This document shows, one piece after another, positions 60,858 to 64,000 of a stretch of 64,000 bases of DNA. Below the pieces are notes generated by a model. It was given only the letters and a program-made list of their open reading frames with translations, made no database searches and was not told the origin of the DNA. This DNA comes from an uncultured delta proteobacterium (GTDB lineage Bacteria; Myxococcota; Myxococcia; Myxococcales; Anaeromyxobacteraceae): NCBI GenBank assembly GCA_963766715.1, contig CAVYBH010000012.1, positions 608,001 through 672,000 of the forward strand. The letters run 5' to 3'. The position numbers and the translations under genes are program-made. Position 1 is the first letter of the stretch. The number at the start of each line of letters is the position of its first letter.

Positions 60858-61469
60858 TTTCCCGGTCTCTCCGTGCGATAGGACGCGAGCTCCGCCCTCA
60901 CCTGGGGCACCTTTCGGCCCCCGACGAGCGCGAAGGTCTCGATGCGGACGGGCCCCACGCCCGGCGCGTACGTGGTCTCGAGCAGGATCTCGGTGTCGGG
61001 CCCCGCGCGGTTGCGCGCCCGCACCATCAGGCAGGCCTCGAAGGTGCCCGCGGGGACGGTCGCCGTCACCCCCGTTGCGGCGATCTGGTAGCGCTCCGTC
61101 GACGTCTCGCTGACGATCGAGGTCCAGGTCCTGATCGAGCTCGAACGGCGCGCAGAGCAGCCGGCGACTGCGGTCCTGGATGCATCCGCGAGACGACCGC
61201 AGTGCCCCCTTCTCGCTGTCGACGAAGTACCCGTCGGCGTCGCGCCCCACGATGCGGACCGTCCGCTGCCTGGGCGAACCGCCTCCGGATCGAGGCGACA
61301 GGTCGATCCAGGTCCACTCGTTGCCGACGGCCAGGGGATAGTAGGAGGTCGGGTCGGCGGGCCCGGCGGGGGCCCGCGCGGAGGTTGCGCCGGCCGGGTC
61401 CGGGGAGTGGGCGCACGCCAGGAACGAGGCGGCCAGGAGGATCGCGGCGTGTCGGGACACGGCGCGCAT
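60854..61469 (-). CDS. Hypothetical lipoprotein (apparent frameshift near 61130)
   Basis: Lipobox FLAC; YYPLAVGNEWTW, TVPAGTF and YAPGVG. Confidence 0.72.
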
Positions 61470-61501
61470 CTTACCCCCAAAGGCGCGGAGGTTGGCTCGT
61501 C

Positions 61502-62414
61502 TCACCGGGCCGGGCCCTTCGCCCTGGACGCTCCGCCCCGACGCCGGGCGTCCCGCAGCGCCTCGCGCGCCGCCGCGACCACCAGCGGGTCCGGGTGGCC
61601 CGCCGCCATCGTCTCCAGATACGCCTCCGCCTCCGGACCGCCGATGTCGCCCACGATGCGGACCATCTGGGCCACGAAAGGCCCCTCCCGTCGCCGGGAG
61701 AGCTCGATGATTGGCGCCACGGCCCGGGGATCCCCGATCTGGCCCAGCGCCCCGACGGCGCGGTCGGCCACCTCGGGGTCCGGGTCCTGGAGCCGGGCGA
61801 TGAGCGCCGGCACGGCGGCGGCGTTCTTTCGCTCGGCCAGGACGCCGACTGCGAGGTCGCGCACCCGGGGGTCACCCGACTCGAGATCCTGGATCACCGC
61901 CGCGTCCGGCTTCCGGGCCTCGGCCAGTCCCAGCGCCAGCACGCTCGCCGCGCGGGTCGCGCCGCCCTCGATGGCGCGGCGGAAGGCGGACTGGACCGCC
62001 TCGTCCGGACGCACGGTCTCGGCGGCGCGGACGGTCTCGAAGATCGCATCGCCGTCCTCTCCCTGGGCCACCTCGAGGCGCACGAGGACCTCGGCCTGGG
62101 TCGTCGAGCCGGTGGTGAGGAGTCGCGCGTCCAGGAGCGAGATGCCACCCCGGCAGCGCGGGGCCCCCTTCGGCGGCTCGGACGACGGAACGGCAAACCC
62201 GGAGCGTTCGACCGAACGCCGCGAGGGCCATGCGCCGGAGGTCCTCCCGCTCGAGCCCGAGCGGCTCGAGGCGGGAGGGACCGGAGGCCTGGACCACCGT
62301 CACCCCGGTGACGACGCAGGGCTCCGGACCGCTGCGGCACCCGGCGAGCCCCCCGGCCGCGAGCAGCAGGGCGACCATCCATCTGCCGCGACGGATCGGC
62401 CAGGGCGTGGTCAC
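61502..62414 (-). CDS. HEAT-repeat lipoprotein (apparent frameshift near 62200)
   Basis: Lipobox LAGC; AVPALIARLQDPDPEV...ALGQIGDPRAV repeats. Confidence 0.78.
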
Positions 62415-62428
62415 GGGGCGTTCTTTGC

Positions 62429-64000
62429 CTAGCCGCCCTCTGTGCTCCCCGAGGGCGGCGGCGGGCCGCGGGTCCCGGGGTCGGCCGTAGGCGCGGATGG
62501 CGGAGCGGGCGGCTCGGCGCCGCTGCCTGCGGGCGCACCGCCCGGCGAGGCCGCAGCCTCTCCCTCCGGGCGACGCTCGCCTCGGCCACGCCCTCCCCTG
62601 CGGCGACGGCGGCGGCGACGGCGCCTGCCCTCGCCTGCGGGTCCGCCTTCCTTGCCAGGCTCGGCGGGCCCTTCGGGAGCAGTGGCGTCCTGCGCCTCGT
62701 CGTCTCCACCCTCGTCGTCTCCGTCCTCGTCCCCCTCGTCGACGGGACCAGGGACGGCGGCGACGATGCCTGCGCGGTCTCCGGCGGCGGCGAGGAGGCG
62801 TCGCCTCCTCGGGCCGGGTCGCCTCGATCACAGAAGCCGCTGGCGCAGTGGACCGGCTCGACGGGAGGCTCGGGGGTGCCGGCTTCCGGCCTGGGCCGGC
62901 GTTCCTCCCGGCGGTCCCGGTCTCGATCGCGCGGGCGATCGCGGTCCTCGCGGGGTCGGTCCTCGCGGGTCATCCTCGCGCCCGTCGCGCTCCTCGCGAC
63001 CTTCCCGGCCCTCGCGCCGGTCGCGCTCCTCCCGGCGGGCCTTGCGCGCCACCTCCTCGCGCTGCGCGGCCTCGGTGGCCTGCAGCAGGAAGTCCTCGTC
63101 GGCCTCCGGAATGGAGACGATGCGGCAGGCAAGGGTCGCGTCGGCGAAGGCCTCGGCGAACGCCTCTCCGGCGATGAGCAGGACCGGCAGCTGACCGGCC
63201 ACCGTGGCCTCGCCGCGCGCCTCGCGCCCGGCCTCGCCCGAGGTGACCAGCACGCCGATCTGGGCCCCGTAGTGGCCCAGATCGCGGCGCACGTCGCTCA
63301 CGTCGCGACGTCCCACGTCGGCGCCGTTGCGGAGCACCCGCACGGCGTGCCGGACGTCGGCGAGCCCCATGCGGCGGCGAGCGGTGAAGACCACGCTGTC
63401 CCGCCCGCGCTTCGCCACCTTGACCTCGTGGTGCCCGGTCTTCTCGAGCAGGCGCGCCACCAGGTATTCGACCGTCGGCCCGTCGCATTCGCGCAGGCGG
63501 CGCCGGAGCACGGCCAGCGCGGTGCGACGCATCTCGGCCGGGCTGGACGGCGCGCGGACCGCGACCACCGGGGCCGGACGCTCGCCCGGCTCGGGGACGG
63601 CTCCGAGCGACACGACGTCGCCGTCGATGGCGAACAGCGCCTTGCGCCCCGCCTGCTCCCGGCGCCGGTTGTCCTCCCGCAGGGCCGCGGCGAGCGACCC
63701 CGCGTCGCGGACGAAGGCCTCGGGCATGAGCATGCGCTCCGCACCCAGCGCCGCGAGCTCTCGCAGCGGCAGGGGGCGCTCGGCGCCCGAGAGGATCTCG
63801 TAGGCCACCTCGGCGGGCGGCGGGAAGCGACGACGCTTCTCGTCCCCCTCCTCGCGGCGGCGACCCCTGCTCGCGTCCCGCCCGGAACTGCGGGCGAGCT
63901 CCCGAGTGGGGATGGGATGACGCTCCTTGGGACGGTACGGAAGCTCGTCGGCCGGTGGCGGCTCGACCAGGTTCTCCAGTCCCAACGGGTCCTCGGGCAG
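62429..64000 (-). CDS. Winged-helix (HARE-HTH-like) + degenerate Mrr-like nuclease-fold protein with low-complexity tail; start lies beyond the window; frameshifts in the tail
   Basis: EVAYEILSGAERPLPLREL; EYLVARLLEKTG...VGRRDVSDVR...IGVLVTSG; Arg/Glu- and Pro-rich tail. Confidence 0.65.

Noticed and set aside
62930..63050. Short imperfect repeats resembling an array
   Set aside because: They encode Arg/Glu/Asp low-complexity protein; no constant repeat-spacer structure and no cas genes.

Overview
Very GC-rich window of mostly core chromosome. Gene content suggests Myxococcota, Anaeromyxobacter-like (inference). It holds recG-greA-carB, aspC, coaD, rsmD, a CDF transporter, a peptidase/beta-propeller/Omp85 protein, tRNA-Thr(CGT), GDH, an ABC exporter, degP, grpE, pheA, a small-gene patch beside tRNA-Val(CAC), a stkABC-like Hsp70 locus, uvrD, hutH, an ectoine-type aspartokinase, a 2-oxoacid dehydrogenase/lipoate operon, HD-GYP-moaA, thiC, eno, glpX and hom. 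About 20 genes, including core ones, carry small frameshifts that look like long-read indel errors rather than decay. The main hidden signal is two genes broken by an in-frame TGA that read as selenoproteins: a SelW/Rdx-family protein (CxxU, 30222-30455, absent from the ORF track) and an exported rhodanese (CxxxxU, 53208-53601) downstream of moaA. Each has a SECIS-like hairpin whose loop starts exactly 21 nt after the UGA. No CRISPR array, integrase or transposase was seen.
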